Assembly: GCA_003252295.1 (NCBI GenBank)
Contig: QKEV01000017.1
Span: 34,931-98,930, forward strand
Length of the DNA: 64,000 nt
Reading direction: 5' to 3'
From: a bacterium
GTDB taxonomy: Bacteria; Patescibacteriota; Minisyncoccia; Phycocordibacterales; UBA12088
Shown: piece by piece, positions 20,600-30,740 of the stretch
Numbering within the stretch: position 1 is the first letter of the stretch
Layout: the number at the start of each line of letters is the position of its first letter
The notes under the pieces: model-generated
What the model saw: only the letters and a program-made list of their open reading frames with translations
Told to the model about the DNA's origin: nothing
Databases searched by the model: none
Position numbers and translations under genes: made by a program

Positions 20600-22054
20600 C
20601 TACGGTTGGGTGGTTTTGTGTTTGTACACCATGAAGAGAATTGGAAGCAGATACATGAGCACGAGGAGCCACCATGGTATCGGTGGTACATCTACAGCAG
20701 CAAGGGGTACCGTACTGAAGAGACTCACCATGCCAAACATGTACCTGAGTATGAGGTAGGTAACAAAACCAAACGGCACAGAGAGAACGATATGAAACAT
20801 TTCAAGTATACCGGTGAGGAACCCGGTGAGCATGACAAACGGAACAACTGGTAAGACAAGTACGTTCACCACTGGCGCAACGAGAGACACTCTCCCCATC
20901 TGAAACAAGAGGAGAGGCAAGACTGCAAGTTGTGTTGCACATGTAGCCAGCACAATCTCACGCAGCGTCCATTGCTCAGGTACCCACAGAAAGAATCGTT
21001 CGAGTTTTGGTGCAATAAGTATGAGCCCCAGTGTTGCTATGAACGACAACTGAAAACCTGGATCGTACACGAGCACGAAAGGGTTCCACAGCACCATGAG
21101 TACCCCTGCAAGCATGAGCGCACGCATGAGCATGTACGGACGTTGTATGAAGACGGCGAGCATACCAAGAATCGCCATCACGCTCGCTCGCACTACCGTT
21201 GCACCTGCACCAACCATTGATGCAAAACTTACAACACTGAAGATTCCTAAACCAAAACCAACAGCCCGAGGTAGCACACCTGTTGCACGCACCACAGCAT
21301 TTGCAATGAGGGTGAGGTTGTACCCTGACAGTACAACAATATGAATGATACCGGTGTCGCGAAACGCAGCGAGCCAATCATCACCAAGTGAACGTTTCGC
21401 ACCCACAACCACACCACCTGCAAGTGATGCTTCTGGTTCAGGTACCCGCAGTGAAAGAGCATCGAGCCAACGTTGCTTGAGTGTAAGCAGGTAGCGTTTT
21501 ACAAGGTTACCCTTCACCTCACCTCCACCCTCAAGTGTTGCGTGTAACAGTTCGTAGTGCACACCATCTTTTTTGAGGTACCCCTCGTAATCAAACACCC
21601 TCCCTGTGTCGGTGGTGAATGACTCAGGTACGTGCACCTGTCCGGTAAAGTGCACCACCTCACCATAGGTGAACTCCGGGTACTGTGATGCACGTGCTCG
21701 GTACAACGTACCACTCTCTTCGACACATAGGGTAAGCAGGGTGTACCCATCACGTTCATCAGGTTCAGCACACACCACTGCCACACCCACCACTTCATCG
21801 CCTTCACGAAACACTCGTCCTTGCATGAACTGATTGTCTGCATACTGTGTACGTAGCACACCTAGAAGCAGGGTGAGTAGAAAAAGTCCAAGGTACAATC
21901 CTCGCCAATGAAACCCAATGAGTGCTCCTACTCCAACACTAAAGAGTGCCAAGAGAAACACCAGTGCTAGCGAGTACTCATCGACAATAAAAAACGAGCG
22001 CCAGAAGACGCCCGTAAGTATTCCAAAACAAGTAACGTAAAAAGATGCACGCAT
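20600..22054 (-). CDS. comEC: ComEC/Rec2 competence channel domain (DUF4131 + competence domain)
   Basis: 484 aa polytopic membrane protein. N-terminal DUF4131-like region and a central competence domain with many TM helices. Lacks the MBL domain, which is encoded separately at 17835..18719. Confidence 0.7.
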   Translation of the reverse strand: MRASFYVTCFGILTGVFWRSFFIVDEYSLALVFLLALFSVGVGALIGFHWRGLYLGLFLLTLLLGVLRTQYADNQFMQGRVFREGDEVVGVAVVCAEPDERDGYTLLTLCVEESGTLYRARASQYPEFTYGEVVHFTGQVHVPESFTTDTGRVFDYEGYLKKDGVHYELLHATLEGGGEVKGNLVKRYLLTLKQRWLDALSLRVPEPEASLAGGVVVGAKRSLGDDWLAAFRDTGIIHIVVLSGYNLTLIANAVVRATGVLPRAVGFGLGIFSVVSFASMVGAGATVVRASVMAILGMLAVFIQRPYMLMRALMLAGVLMVLWNPFVLVYDPGFQLSFIATLGLILIAPKLERFFLWVPEQWTLREIVLATCATQLAVLPLLLFQMGRVSLVAPVVNVLVLPVVPFVMLTGFLTGILEMFHIVLSVPFGFVTYLILRYMFGMVSLFSTVPLAAVDVPPIPWWLLVLMYLLPILFMVYKHKTTQP

Positions 22055-22059
22055 GGCAA

Positions 22060-22485
22060 CTACCCTTGATCCATTGCCTCATTAGCAAGTGCATCAGCTC
22101 GTTTATTCTCAGCCCGTGGAACATGCTCAAAGGTAACCTCGGGAAACACTGCAACCTGCAGGTTATGAATTTTCATATACTCACCAAAGAGTGATTCCTC
22201 TTTCACCTGGTATACGCCGGAGAGTTGCCTGCAGACGAGTTCCGAGTCCATGCGCACCGTGAGTGAAATGTCCTTGCATTGATTTTTTCCAAAATGTTTC
22301 GCGACCATTTCTAACCCGAGAACAACTGCTGCGTACTCTGCAAAGTTGTTGGTCTTCTCTCCAAGGTACTTGTACGTCTCTTTTACTGTTCCACCCTTTT
22401 CATCGTAGAGGACGGCACCTGCTCCAGCAGGTCCAGGGTTTCCTCGTGCTCCTCCATCGGTATGTAGTATGTAGTGTTTTTTCAT
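22060..22485 (-). CDS. rnhA: ribonuclease HI
   Basis: HTDGGARGNPGPAG and the DEDD-type catalytic pattern (D, E, D, ...ENKRAD). Start could be 22485 or 22494. Confidence 0.85.
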   Translation of the reverse strand: MKKHYILHTDGGARGNPGPAGAGAVLYDEKGGTVKETYKYLGEKTNNFAEYAAVVLGLEMVAKHFGKNQCKDISLTVRMDSELVCRQLSGVYQVKEESLFGEYMKIHNLQVAVFPEVTFEHVPRAENKRADALANEAMDQG

Positions 22486-22613
22486 TGGGGTCATAGTACC
22501 ACATTCAAACACCACTTCACAAAACATGGAGTCGACACTCGTGCACCGTGTAAAACTTTTTCAAACCTGTTGGGAACCATCCGGGGGAGAGCAGAGAATG
22601 CTCCCAAGCGTAC

Positions 22614-24326
22614 CTAGAGTGTATCTACGAGTCGAAGTCGGAGCTCTTTGCGACCCATGAAATATGATGCCTCGATGTATGCAACAAAGGTGAGTGTTGC
22701 ACAGTCAGTAAAATCTTTCTCTTCAACACTGGTGAAAAATTCTATCGCCTTCACCCGTGAACCATCACTCTTCGCAAAGGTGAGCTCGAGGTGTTCGTTC
22801 CCTTTTCCGAACATGCGCACCTGTACGAGTGGCACCTGCTCAAACTTAAAAAGTGGTTTTGGATTTCCCTCACCGAACGGAGCGAGCTGCTGTACCTCAC
22901 GGTAGGTATCCCAGCTGACCGCATCAATAGTCAAAATCTCATCAACGAACTTCTCTTGCTTCAGGTTACCCACACCCTGTTTCTTATACGCCTCTGCAAG
23001 TGCCATCTCGAGCGTATGCACCTCACCTGCATCGAGTGAAAACCCACCTGAAAATGCGTGACCACCATACTCGATGAAACGACCCTCAACTGCCTGCATG
23101 AGTTCAAAGAGATTACAGACACCATCTGATCGACATGATCCCTTGATCGTATCTCCACCCTCCTTACCCCAGAGGAACACCGGACGATTGTACTCTTGCG
23201 CAACACTACTTGCGACGAGTCCCACGAGTGATGGTTTCCAATCAGGATGACCCATAACAATAACAGATTGGAGGGAGCCACGTTTCGTGAGTCGTCGTTT
23301 CGTTTCACGTTTCATTGTAGCAACGAGCGTTTTCCGTTTCGTATTGATAGTGTCGAGCTCACGCGCCTTCTCCTCAGCAAGGAGTGTATCGGTCGCAGTA
23401 AGTAGTGTGAACGCTTCACCAGCATGTCCCATCCTACTTGCAGCGTTCACCCTCGGTGCAATCGTGAAAGCAACATCGTCTTCAGTGAGCGTACGTTGGT
23501 TTGCTCGTGCACGCTTCAGGAGTGCATGCAGTCCAAGTCGTCTACTCTTACGTAAGACGACCATACCGAAATGAGCGAGCGCTCTATTCTCTCCCACAAG
23601 TGGAACCATGTCAGCCACTGTTGCCATGCCCACCATATCGAGAAGCCACTTCTCCCACCCGTTCACTGGACGTTTCACTTCCTCAATACCATCAAGTGAA
23701 GCGATGAGTGCCTGCACAAATTTAAATGCTACTCCTGCCCCCGCAAGCATCTTCTCTGGATAGTCACACTGCTCTTGTTTTGGGTTTAGTATTGCGTATG
23801 CAGAAGGCGCCTCATGCGGAGGAAGATGATGATCAGTTATGATAACGTCGACACCATGTTCATTCGCATAGGCAACCATCTCTCTATCGGCAATACCACA
23901 ATCAATGGTGATCATGAGTTTCACACCTTCGCCAACCAATGTATCGATGCCACCCTTATTCAAACCAAACCCTTCCTTGTTTCGGTGAGGTGTGTAGTGC
24001 ACCACCTCTGTATACCCGACCATGGTAAAAAAATCATAGAGCACTACAGCACCTGGAATACCGTCCATGTCGTAGTCACTCCACAACACGATCTTCTCTT
24101 TGTGACGCATTGCATCAAATACCCGATCCACTGCCTTCTCCATATCAAACATGAGAAATGGATCATGGATATCACGTTCCCAATCAGGATGCAGAAAATA
24201 CTCAGCTTGTTCTGCATCAGTAATTCCTCGCAGCAAAAGAAGTCGACGGAGAAGAGGTGGGTAGCTGGTGAGTTTATCATCAAACTGCTTATCTAGTAGT
24301 TTAGGTACGTAGTCACTCATGAGCAT
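22614..24326 (-). CDS. recJ: single-stranded-DNA-specific exonuclease RecJ
   Basis: DHH motifs (DYDMDG, ITDHH) plus DHHA1 and a C-terminal OB-like region. Confidence 0.85.
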   Translation of the reverse strand: MLMSDYVPKLLDKQFDDKLTSYPPLLRRLLLLRGITDAEQAEYFLHPDWERDIHDPFLMFDMEKAVDRVFDAMRHKEKIVLWSDYDMDGIPGAVVLYDFFTMVGYTEVVHYTPHRNKEGFGLNKGGIDTLVGEGVKLMITIDCGIADREMVAYANEHGVDVIITDHHLPPHEAPSAYAILNPKQEQCDYPEKMLAGAGVAFKFVQALIASLDGIEEVKRPVNGWEKWLLDMVGMATVADMVPLVGENRALAHFGMVVLRKSRRLGLHALLKRARANQRTLTEDDVAFTIAPRVNAASRMGHAGEAFTLLTATDTLLAEEKARELDTINTKRKTLVATMKRETKRRLTKRGSLQSVIVMGHPDWKPSLVGLVASSVAQEYNRPVFLWGKEGGDTIKGSCRSDGVCNLFELMQAVEGRFIEYGGHAFSGGFSLDAGEVHTLEMALAEAYKKQGVGNLKQEKFVDEILTIDAVSWDTYREVQQLAPFGEGNPKPLFKFEQVPLVQVRMFGKGNEHLELTFAKSDGSRVKAIEFFTSVEEKDFTDCATLTFVAYIEASYFMGRKELRLRLVDTL

Positions 24327-24427
24327 CTATTGTACCAGAGGAATGTGCTTGCCTTCCTCCTGTCAACATGTCATCTACATAGAAAACCCCACCAGAGGTG
24401 GGGTACGTAAAAAAAAGAAATGGAAGA

Positions 24428-25726
24428 TTACTTAACTCCTTCAACTAACCACCGCAAGAGTGTCCTTGTGTCTTGCTTCCAATCTTTAGACTGCAACACT
24501 ACGACAGCGATAGGATGCATCTCGTTCCCAAGGGGAACATTAAATACAGAGAGCGACGTCTGTCCTGCCTCATCAGTGTATCCAAGTTTCCCTCCTCGAA
24601 AGTAAGGGTCTGATGAAAGTTTGTTTTGGTTTTCCATACTCCACTCTGCTCCATCCCTGCTTGTTATGGTGACACGCTCCTCTTTGGTGATATCAAGAAT
24701 GAAAGCACTGTTGGTGTAGAGGTGTTCTATAAGCACAAGTAGATCATTCGCCGTCGAGACATTCTTTGGTGAAAGTCCTGATGCATCAGCAAAAGTACTC
24801 TCCTGCATACCGAGTGCACGCACATACGTATTCATGCTACTGATGAAGTAGTCAAAGCCGGCATGTACTGCAAATCGCTGAGCAACATTATTGTCAGAAC
24901 GAAGGAGGAGTGGATAGTACAAATCACTCAAAGTGTAGTATCTGCCGTCTGGTCCCATCACCTCACTACCATGACCAATGACATCGGTTGCTACCGCAGC
25001 TGTTACTAGTTTCGTGATGCTCGCTATAGGGTACCGTGCACCACCATCCTTCACGAGGTAGACCTTTCCTGTAGAAAGATCTTTGAGTGCGTACGCCTGT
25101 GCACTCGTTGCCGGTAAACTTTCAGTTGAAAGTTTAATATCAGAGTTTAGACTGGTTTCTGTAACATGGTACGGCTCAACGACGACGACCATACCTGCTC
25201 GAGCAAACGTGTACACTTCTGCAGCATCACTCGGAGCAAGCTCCACCAAGTTCCCAACAAAATTTTCACTGCCGTCACTAGCACCTACTTTTTCTGGTAC
25301 CCCATGGAGTGCATAGTGATCACCAAACTGAACATAATAAGGAAAAGAAACAAGAGCAACTGATGAAAGCTCCTGTTTCACTTTCTCATCAACCGTATAC
25401 TCTCCCTCGGGCACAACACTCGTTCCACCCTCCCCGTTCGGAACATTCAAAAGTGGATACTGTCCAACCTCAACACTGTCAGCAACAAGCATGAGCGACT
25501 TAGTATCAAAATTAATATCAATGTACGTCCCCTCACGTTCATCCACCTTCACAACATCAAGACCTTCAGTAACACTTGCTTGCATCTCTCCTAGTACCCC
25601 CTCAGTCTCTGCAAATGATCGATGTACTGTCTGTAAAAAAGAAAACAACCCAGCACATACTCCGAGCACCGCAACAATCTTGAGTGAGAAACTCAAACCT
25701 CTACCATCTACTGAAATACTTGCCAT
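24428..25726 (-). CDS. D-alanyl-D-alanine carboxypeptidase (S11 PBP) with long N-terminal extension
   Basis: N-terminal TM segment and a ~200-aa unknown domain, then a PBP5-type domain with the active-site SITK (SxxK) and later conserved blocks. Confidence 0.65.
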   Translation of the reverse strand: MASISVDGRGLSFSLKIVAVLGVCAGLFSFLQTVHRSFAETEGVLGEMQASVTEGLDVVKVDEREGTYIDINFDTKSLMLVADSVEVGQYPLLNVPNGEGGTSVVPEGEYTVDEKVKQELSSVALVSFPYYVQFGDHYALHGVPEKVGASDGSENFVGNLVELAPSDAAEVYTFARAGMVVVVEPYHVTETSLNSDIKLSTESLPATSAQAYALKDLSTGKVYLVKDGGARYPIASITKLVTAAVATDVIGHGSEVMGPDGRYYTLSDLYYPLLLRSDNNVAQRFAVHAGFDYFISSMNTYVRALGMQESTFADASGLSPKNVSTANDLLVLIEHLYTNSAFILDITKEERVTITSRDGAEWSMENQNKLSSDPYFRGGKLGYTDEAGQTSLSVFNVPLGNEMHPIAVVVLQSKDWKQDTRTLLRWLVEGVK

Positions 25727-25775
25727 ACATGCTATAGTTTATACGTTGCCGTACTAAGTAACTACATTTTAACAT

Positions 25776-26192
25776 ATGGAAGAAACAATTTTTTCAAAAA
25801 TCATCAAACGTGAGATACCAGCAGACATTGTCTACGAAGACAATGACGTACTCGCCTTTCTTGATATTAAGCCAGTGAGTAAAGGGCACACCCTCGTGAT
25901 CCCAAAAAAGTGGAGTCGGAACATTCTCGATATAGACAGTGAAACTTGGGGGAAAGTCATGGAGGTCACCAGGAAGCTTGCTCCTGCAATAAAGGAAGCG
26001 ACCAAGGCGGATGGTCTGAACATTATCATGAATATCGAGCCTGCAGGTAACCAAGCTGTCTTCCACTCGCACATACACATCTTCCCAAGTCACGACGGGA
26101 AGAAAACTATTGCATGGCCGGAAGGAACTCCCTACGAGGAGGGCGAAGCAACGGCAGTTGCAGAGACGCTACGAAACACACTCGATAGGTAA
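25776..26192 (+). CDS. HIT-family (histidine triad) protein
   Basis: 138 aa. HSHIHIFP histidine-triad motif. Confidence 0.85.
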   Translation: MEETIFSKIIKREIPADIVYEDNDVLAFLDIKPVSKGHTLVIPKKWSRNILDIDSETWGKVMEVTRKLAPAIKEATKADGLNIIMNIEPAGNQAVFHSHIHIFPSHDGKKTIAWPEGTPYEEGEATAVAETLRNTLDR

Positions 26193-26283
26193 ACAAGGTA
26201 TATAATTAATTATATAATTTGGTATATACCAAATTATATACCAAAAAACCACGATCTTGTCGTGGTTTTTTATATTTTTTTTC

Positions 26284-26895
26284 TTACACTTCTTGTGTGT
26301 CCTTACTCAAACCAAGCTTCGTTGTAAGAATGAATACCGCGGCAAGCGTTGCACCGATAGCATTCGACACAAGATCAATAGCGGTATTGTAATACCCACC
26401 AACTCCATTGTCCGGAACAGCAAGTACTGCCATAAACTCCACAATCTCATTTATTGCACCAAAACCCATACCCGCAAGAGCAGCTATAAAGACAATCACA
26501 CCAAGTCGCGCACCCTGTTTCAACTGAGGCAAGAGAAGCCAGTACGCAACGAGTGTTGCGGTAAAGAATCCGAAGCAGTGCACTATCTGATCATACCGCA
26601 GCACGTACGCATCACCACTGCCTACGACATGGAAAAAGTGGTACCCGTAGAGTACCCCGTCACCAACTGGCACTGACCCTCCTGCCATGTGCAGTACTGA
26701 CCATACTGAAAGGAGCACCAAGAGCCACATGGGAAACTGTGTCTTACGAATGGTCGACATGAGAAGCACAAGGAGGGCTATCACTTGGACAATGTACGCG
26801 AGAAACTCCCAGTTCCCCCTCAGAGAAAAAATGATAGCAAGTGGAACAAGGTAGAGTGCATTTATTCCTATGAGTATGTAGTGAGAACGGGTCAT
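26284..26895 (-). CDS. hypothetical polytopic membrane protein
   Basis: 203 aa with about 6 predicted TM helices. Confidence 0.4.
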   Translation of the reverse strand: MTRSHYILIGINALYLVPLAIIFSLRGNWEFLAYIVQVIALLVLLMSTIRKTQFPMWLLVLLSVWSVLHMAGGSVPVGDGVLYGYHFFHVVGSGDAYVLRYDQIVHCFGFFTATLVAYWLLLPQLKQGARLGVIVFIAALAGMGFGAINEIVEFMAVLAVPDNGVGGYYNTAIDLVSNAIGATLAAVFILTTKLGLSKDTQEV

Positions 26896-26896
26896 A

Positions 26897-28033
26897 CTAC
26901 TTCTGCTTTAAGAGAGCAGTTACCCCTGGAAGTTCACCATCAACGAGATAGTCGAGCATCGCTCCGCCACCAGTTGAGACAAAGTTGAAATGTTCAATGA
27001 GTTTCAATTGACGAATAGAGTCAACAGTCTCTCCTCCTCCTAGTATTGAGTACCCATTACTATCAGCCACCAACTGTGCCACCTCCTCAGTACCCCGACT
27101 ATGTCCTCCTTCAAAGTAACCAAGCGGCCCATTCCAAAGTATGAAATTAGCATCAGCAATCTTTGTACTCAACTCAGCTATTGTCTCAGGTCCTACATCA
27201 ACTATCTTGTCGTCTTTTTGTACACTATCAACTCGCTTCACATGTACCTCTCCCTCGTGTTCAACAACCACATCAACAGGAAGCAGTATCTTCCCACTCT
27301 CCATGAGTTTCTTAATACCCTCTGCACCATCGGAAACGAGTGACGTTCCTACTTCAAGCTCCTCAGCTTTCAAAAAATCATTTGCGAGTGCACCACCAAT
27401 GAACACCGTATCGTATCTCGGTAGTATCGCTTCCAAGAGTGGTTCTTTTGTCTCAAACTTTGCACCCCCTAGTATAAAGAGTGATGGAGACGTTGGTGAA
27501 ATACCTTTTGAAAGTGCTGCAATTTCCTGCTCCACAAGGAGACCTGCAAAAGCAGGTATATACTCCGAAGCGCCAACCATGCTTGCATGCTCTCTATGCA
27601 TATTGCCAAACGCATCATCAACATACAGGTCAGCGAGTGAGGCAAGCGCTTTTGCAAACTCTGGGTCATTAGCCTTTTCACCTTCATTGCTTCGGAGATT
27701 TTCAAGTAGGAGCACCTCACCATCTTTGAGTTCATCAACCACCTTACGTGCCTCGTCTCCCACTACATCATGCACAAACTTAGTAGCAGGGAGAAATTTC
27801 TGCAGCTCAACAAGCACTGGTTCAAGTGAATCCTCTGGGTTCCTACCAAGGTGTGCCATAACAATGACTCGTGCCCCACGTTCAGAGAGCCATTGCAATG
27901 TTGGCACCGCTTTTTCTACACGATAGTTGTCAGACACCTTTCCGTCTTCAATAGGAGTATTGAGTTCGCTTCGAACAAGCACTCGTTTACCCACAATATC
28001 ACCAATGTCTTTTAAGGTTTTAAATGTACTCAT
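26897..28033 (-). CDS. pgk: phosphoglycerate kinase
   Basis: 378 aa. N-terminal substrate-binding block, MAHLGR, and C-terminal GGGA/GGGAMLDY-type nucleotide-binding motifs. Confidence 0.9.
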   Translation of the reverse strand: MSTFKTLKDIGDIVGKRVLVRSELNTPIEDGKVSDNYRVEKAVPTLQWLSERGARVIVMAHLGRNPEDSLEPVLVELQKFLPATKFVHDVVGDEARKVVDELKDGEVLLLENLRSNEGEKANDPEFAKALASLADLYVDDAFGNMHREHASMVGASEYIPAFAGLLVEQEIAALSKGISPTSPSLFILGGAKFETKEPLLEAILPRYDTVFIGGALANDFLKAEELEVGTSLVSDGAEGIKKLMESGKILLPVDVVVEHEGEVHVKRVDSVQKDDKIVDVGPETIAELSTKIADANFILWNGPLGYFEGGHSRGTEEVAQLVADSNGYSILGGGETVDSIRQLKLIEHFNFVSTGGGAMLDYLVDGELPGVTALLKQK

Positions 28034-28042
28034 ACCTAGTAT

Positions 28043-28801
28043 CTATACTATTTCTTTAATAATATCCAAAAACTCATTCGCTTTAAGTGAAGCACCTCCA
28101 ACAAGCAAACCATCAACTTTCCCAACTTCTACGAATTCCTTTGCATTGCTCGGCTTCACTGAACCTCCGTACAAAATTGGCACCTTCTGTGCAGGCGCAC
28201 GCCCGTAGAGCTCAGTAAGTACCTTTTGTATGAAGAGCACCATCTCATAGAGCGCAGGTGCATCGAGCGCTTCTTCAGCCCGTTTACCAATAGCCCACAC
28301 CGGTTCGTACGCAATGATGAGCTTTGAGAGGTCTGCACGCTTTACTCCAGCAAGACCTACTTCGAGTTCCTCACGAATAACTCGGAAGTAATCTCCCTCA
28401 TCGCTCCGTTCTGTTTCCCCTACACACATAACCGCAGTACAACCTTCAACTATCGCATGACGCACCTTCTTGTTTACCAGGTCACTACTCTCACCGAGTG
28501 CACGTCGTTCACTATGTCCCAGTATGGTGTACTTTGCCTTGTACCCCTTCACCATAGCTGGTGATACCTGACCAGTCTGTGCACCCGTCTCCTCGTAAAA
28601 CGTATCCTGTACACCGAGCGCTAGTTTCTTGGTTACCCCCAGCTTTGCAAGCTCAGGTAAAAATACAAAAGGGGGACACACCACCGTATCTACCCCACGT
28701 ATTTTTGTAACACCTTTTTTAATACCGTTATAAATTTTCTTTGCTTCTGCTACCTTGGAAGGATTCATTTTCCAGTTAGCAATGACTATCTTTTTTGACA
28801 T
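28043..28801 (-). CDS. tpiA: triosephosphate isomerase
   Basis: 252 aa. IANWKMN, ILGHSERR and VMCVGE catalytic motifs. Confidence 0.9.
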   Translation of the reverse strand: MSKKIVIANWKMNPSKVAEAKKIYNGIKKGVTKIRGVDTVVCPPFVFLPELAKLGVTKKLALGVQDTFYEETGAQTGQVSPAMVKGYKAKYTILGHSERRALGESSDLVNKKVRHAIVEGCTAVMCVGETERSDEGDYFRVIREELEVGLAGVKRADLSKLIIAYEPVWAIGKRAEEALDAPALYEMVLFIQKVLTELYGRAPAQKVPILYGGSVKPSNAKEFVEVGKVDGLLVGGASLKANEFLDIIKEIV

Positions 28802-28909
28802 GTACTCATTTTATCATGACCTTCGTACCCTAAAACAAGTTACTGTGACAAAAAAAACACGACCCATACACAATATATATGTACGGGTCGTTACATAACG
28901 ATTTGCATA

Positions 28910-29182
28910 CTACCTCCTCCTCAGATACAAAAACAGTTGATACAGAAGCCACAAGAAGTAGGTCATGACTGCTGGCACCATAAGATTCTTCTGAAAAAAG
29001 ACGAACATACTTCCGAACCCTTCAACAGTATCCAGAAAAAACTTACGAAGCCACACACCTTTTATACCAAGCGATAGTGCAACTTTTCTACAGAGTACGA
29101 ATGTAATGGTGAGTACCATAGAAACTACTACACCATTCCAAGTACCAACGAAGACTGATCTGATCTTATTCATTTTACTCAC
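28910..29182 (-). CDS. small membrane protein
   Basis: 90 aa, hydrophobic. Overlaps the upstream ORF by 8 nt. Confidence 0.3.
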   Translation of the reverse strand: MSKMNKIRSVFVGTWNGVVVSMVLTITFVLCRKVALSLGIKGVWLRKFFLDTVEGFGSMFVFFQKNLMVPAVMTYFLWLLYQLFLYLRRR

Positions 29183-29393
29183 CTCCCCTCATTAGGGTCT
29201 CAAATATGCCAACCCACATGAATACCAAAATGCATGTTCCTGAAAAGAGTTGTGCTGCTCGTTTTAGCTTTGGGTACCTTGTTTCAATACTTTCGCATGA
29301 TGAGTACCAGAAGAGAAAAAGCATGAGTGGTGGAAAAGAAACCATGGCAATACGCATGAGCCACTTTCCATACAGCATTTCATATATCCACAT
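29175..29393 (-). CDS. small membrane protein
   Basis: 72 aa with two hydrophobic helices. Confidence 0.3.
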   Translation of the reverse strand: MWIYEMLYGKWLMRIAMVSFPPLMLFLFWYSSCESIETRYPKLKRAAQLFSGTCILVFMWVGIFETLMRGGE

Positions 29394-29510
29394 AAGTCAC
29401 CTCCTTGCTTGATATATCCTATCTACTATATAGACATGTATATACTTAAAGTCAAGTACGATTCATGCACAAAAAAAGCCCCTCCGGGCTTCTCTGCTCA
29501 AAAACAGGTA

Positions 29511-29756
29511 TTAGTCGAGCAAACCTGCCTCCTTTAGTGTTTTAAACGCGCCATTTTTGTTAATGGTCTTGATGGCCTTTGTTGAAAGTCGCACTGTTAC
29601 GTACTTCTTGAGCTCAGGAACGTAAATACGGCTCTTTACAAGGTTAACCTGTCGGCGTCGCTTTCCGGTCGGGTTGAACTGAGTAGCACGCACGCGGTTG
29701 CTGTAGCTTCCGCCTACCTGTGATGTCTTTTTTGTTATTGGGCACTGTTTCGCCAT
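29511..29756 (-). CDS. rpmB: 50S ribosomal protein L28
   Basis: 81 aa and basic. The MAKQCPITKK...NRVRATQ...YVTVRLSTKAIKTI pattern matches bL28. Confidence 0.75.
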   Translation of the reverse strand: MAKQCPITKKTSQVGGSYSNRVRATQFNPTGKRRRQVNLVKSRIYVPELKKYVTVRLSTKAIKTINKNGAFKTLKEAGLLD

Positions 29757-29780
29757 AAAAGTCCACGTATGTTACCATAC

Positions 29781-30005
29781 AGTGTACGTTTTGCAAGAGA
29801 TGCAGTACGTAACTACAAGTACATGATCAATAATCATGATTTAGTCACATAGTTACAACATTGCTCGTGCCCTCCGGGGTACAAGAGATGCAGTATGTAA
29901 CTATAAGATACGTTATTAACATTTGTAAATTGAAGTCATGTGGTTACAACATTGCTCGTGCCCTTCGGGGTACAATAGGTACAATACGTAGCTACAAACA
30001 TGTAG
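29781..30005. repeat. tandem ~93-bp intergenic repeats (2.5 copies) with UUCG-loop hairpin
   Basis: The unit gttacaacattgctcgtgccc(t/c)tcggggtacaa(g/t)ag..gta.cta.aa occurs at ~29842 and ~29934, with a partial copy at 29781, separated by unrelated ~35-nt spacers. It lies between the divergent rpmB and M50 genes. Confidence 0.6.
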
Positions 30006-30023
30006 CTTGCAAATAGTAAATAT

Positions 30024-30683
30024 ATGGATCCGACAACACTTTTCTTTCTCATAGTTCTCATCTTCTCGATCATCATCCATGAAGTGAGTCATGGCTTTGC
30101 TGCTGAATATCTCGGTGATCCTACCGCACGTCTTGCCGGACGTCTTACCCTAAACCCTATTCCACACATTGACCCCCTCGGTTCTATCATTATTCCCGCA
30201 CTACTTGTATTTGGAAATTTTGGCTTTCTCTTTGGATGGGCAAAACCAGTCCCCTACAACCCTTATAATCTCAGAAACCGAAAGTGGGGTGAGGCTATTG
30301 TTGCAGCAGCAGGTCCTGGTTCAAACCTACTCTTGGCGCTACTCTTTGGAACTATTATACGTTTTGGTTTTGGAACGCTCTCAAGCACCTTCATACAACT
30401 TGCCGGTATTATTGTGTTCGTGAACGTACTCCTTGCTTTCTTTAACCTGCTCCCTATTCCACCACTCGACGGTTCAAAGCTTCTAAAAGCTATTCTTCCC
30501 TACAAGGCAAACCTTACGTTGCAGAAAATCGAGAGTGTTTTGGTAAGTGGAGGTATGCTACTCATGATCCTGTTCTTCTACCTCCTCTTTAGCGTCTTTG
30601 GTGGAATATTCTTATCCTTCCTCATGTTTATCTTTTCTCTCATTACCGGAGTGTCACCTGTTGCCCTTGGTCTTATAGGATAA
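30024..30683 (+). CDS. M50-family (site-2 protease-like) zinc metalloprotease
   Basis: Polytopic membrane protein. HEVSHG (HExxH) in TM1 and a later LxPxPPLDGS(K) motif. Confidence 0.75.
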   Translation: MDPTTLFFLIVLIFSIIIHEVSHGFAAEYLGDPTARLAGRLTLNPIPHIDPLGSIIIPALLVFGNFGFLFGWAKPVPYNPYNLRNRKWGEAIVAAAGPGSNLLLALLFGTIIRFGFGTLSSTFIQLAGIIVFVNVLLAFFNLLPIPPLDGSKLLKAILPYKANLTLQKIESVLVSGGMLLMILFFYLLFSVFGGIFLSFLMFIFSLITGVSPVALGLIG

Positions 30684-30740
30684 ACACTTTAAAGACGTAT
30701 TTATTGCTAATTTGACAAAAATGCGTACAATAAGTCTCGT

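Noticed and set aside
29781-30005. Possible CRISPR array (repeat-spacer-repeat appearance)
   Set aside because: Only ~2.5 copies, and the repeats are imperfect and ~56 nt long with internal variation. There are no cas genes nearby. It sits in a divergent promoter region. I treated it as a tandem regulatory or sRNA repeat instead.
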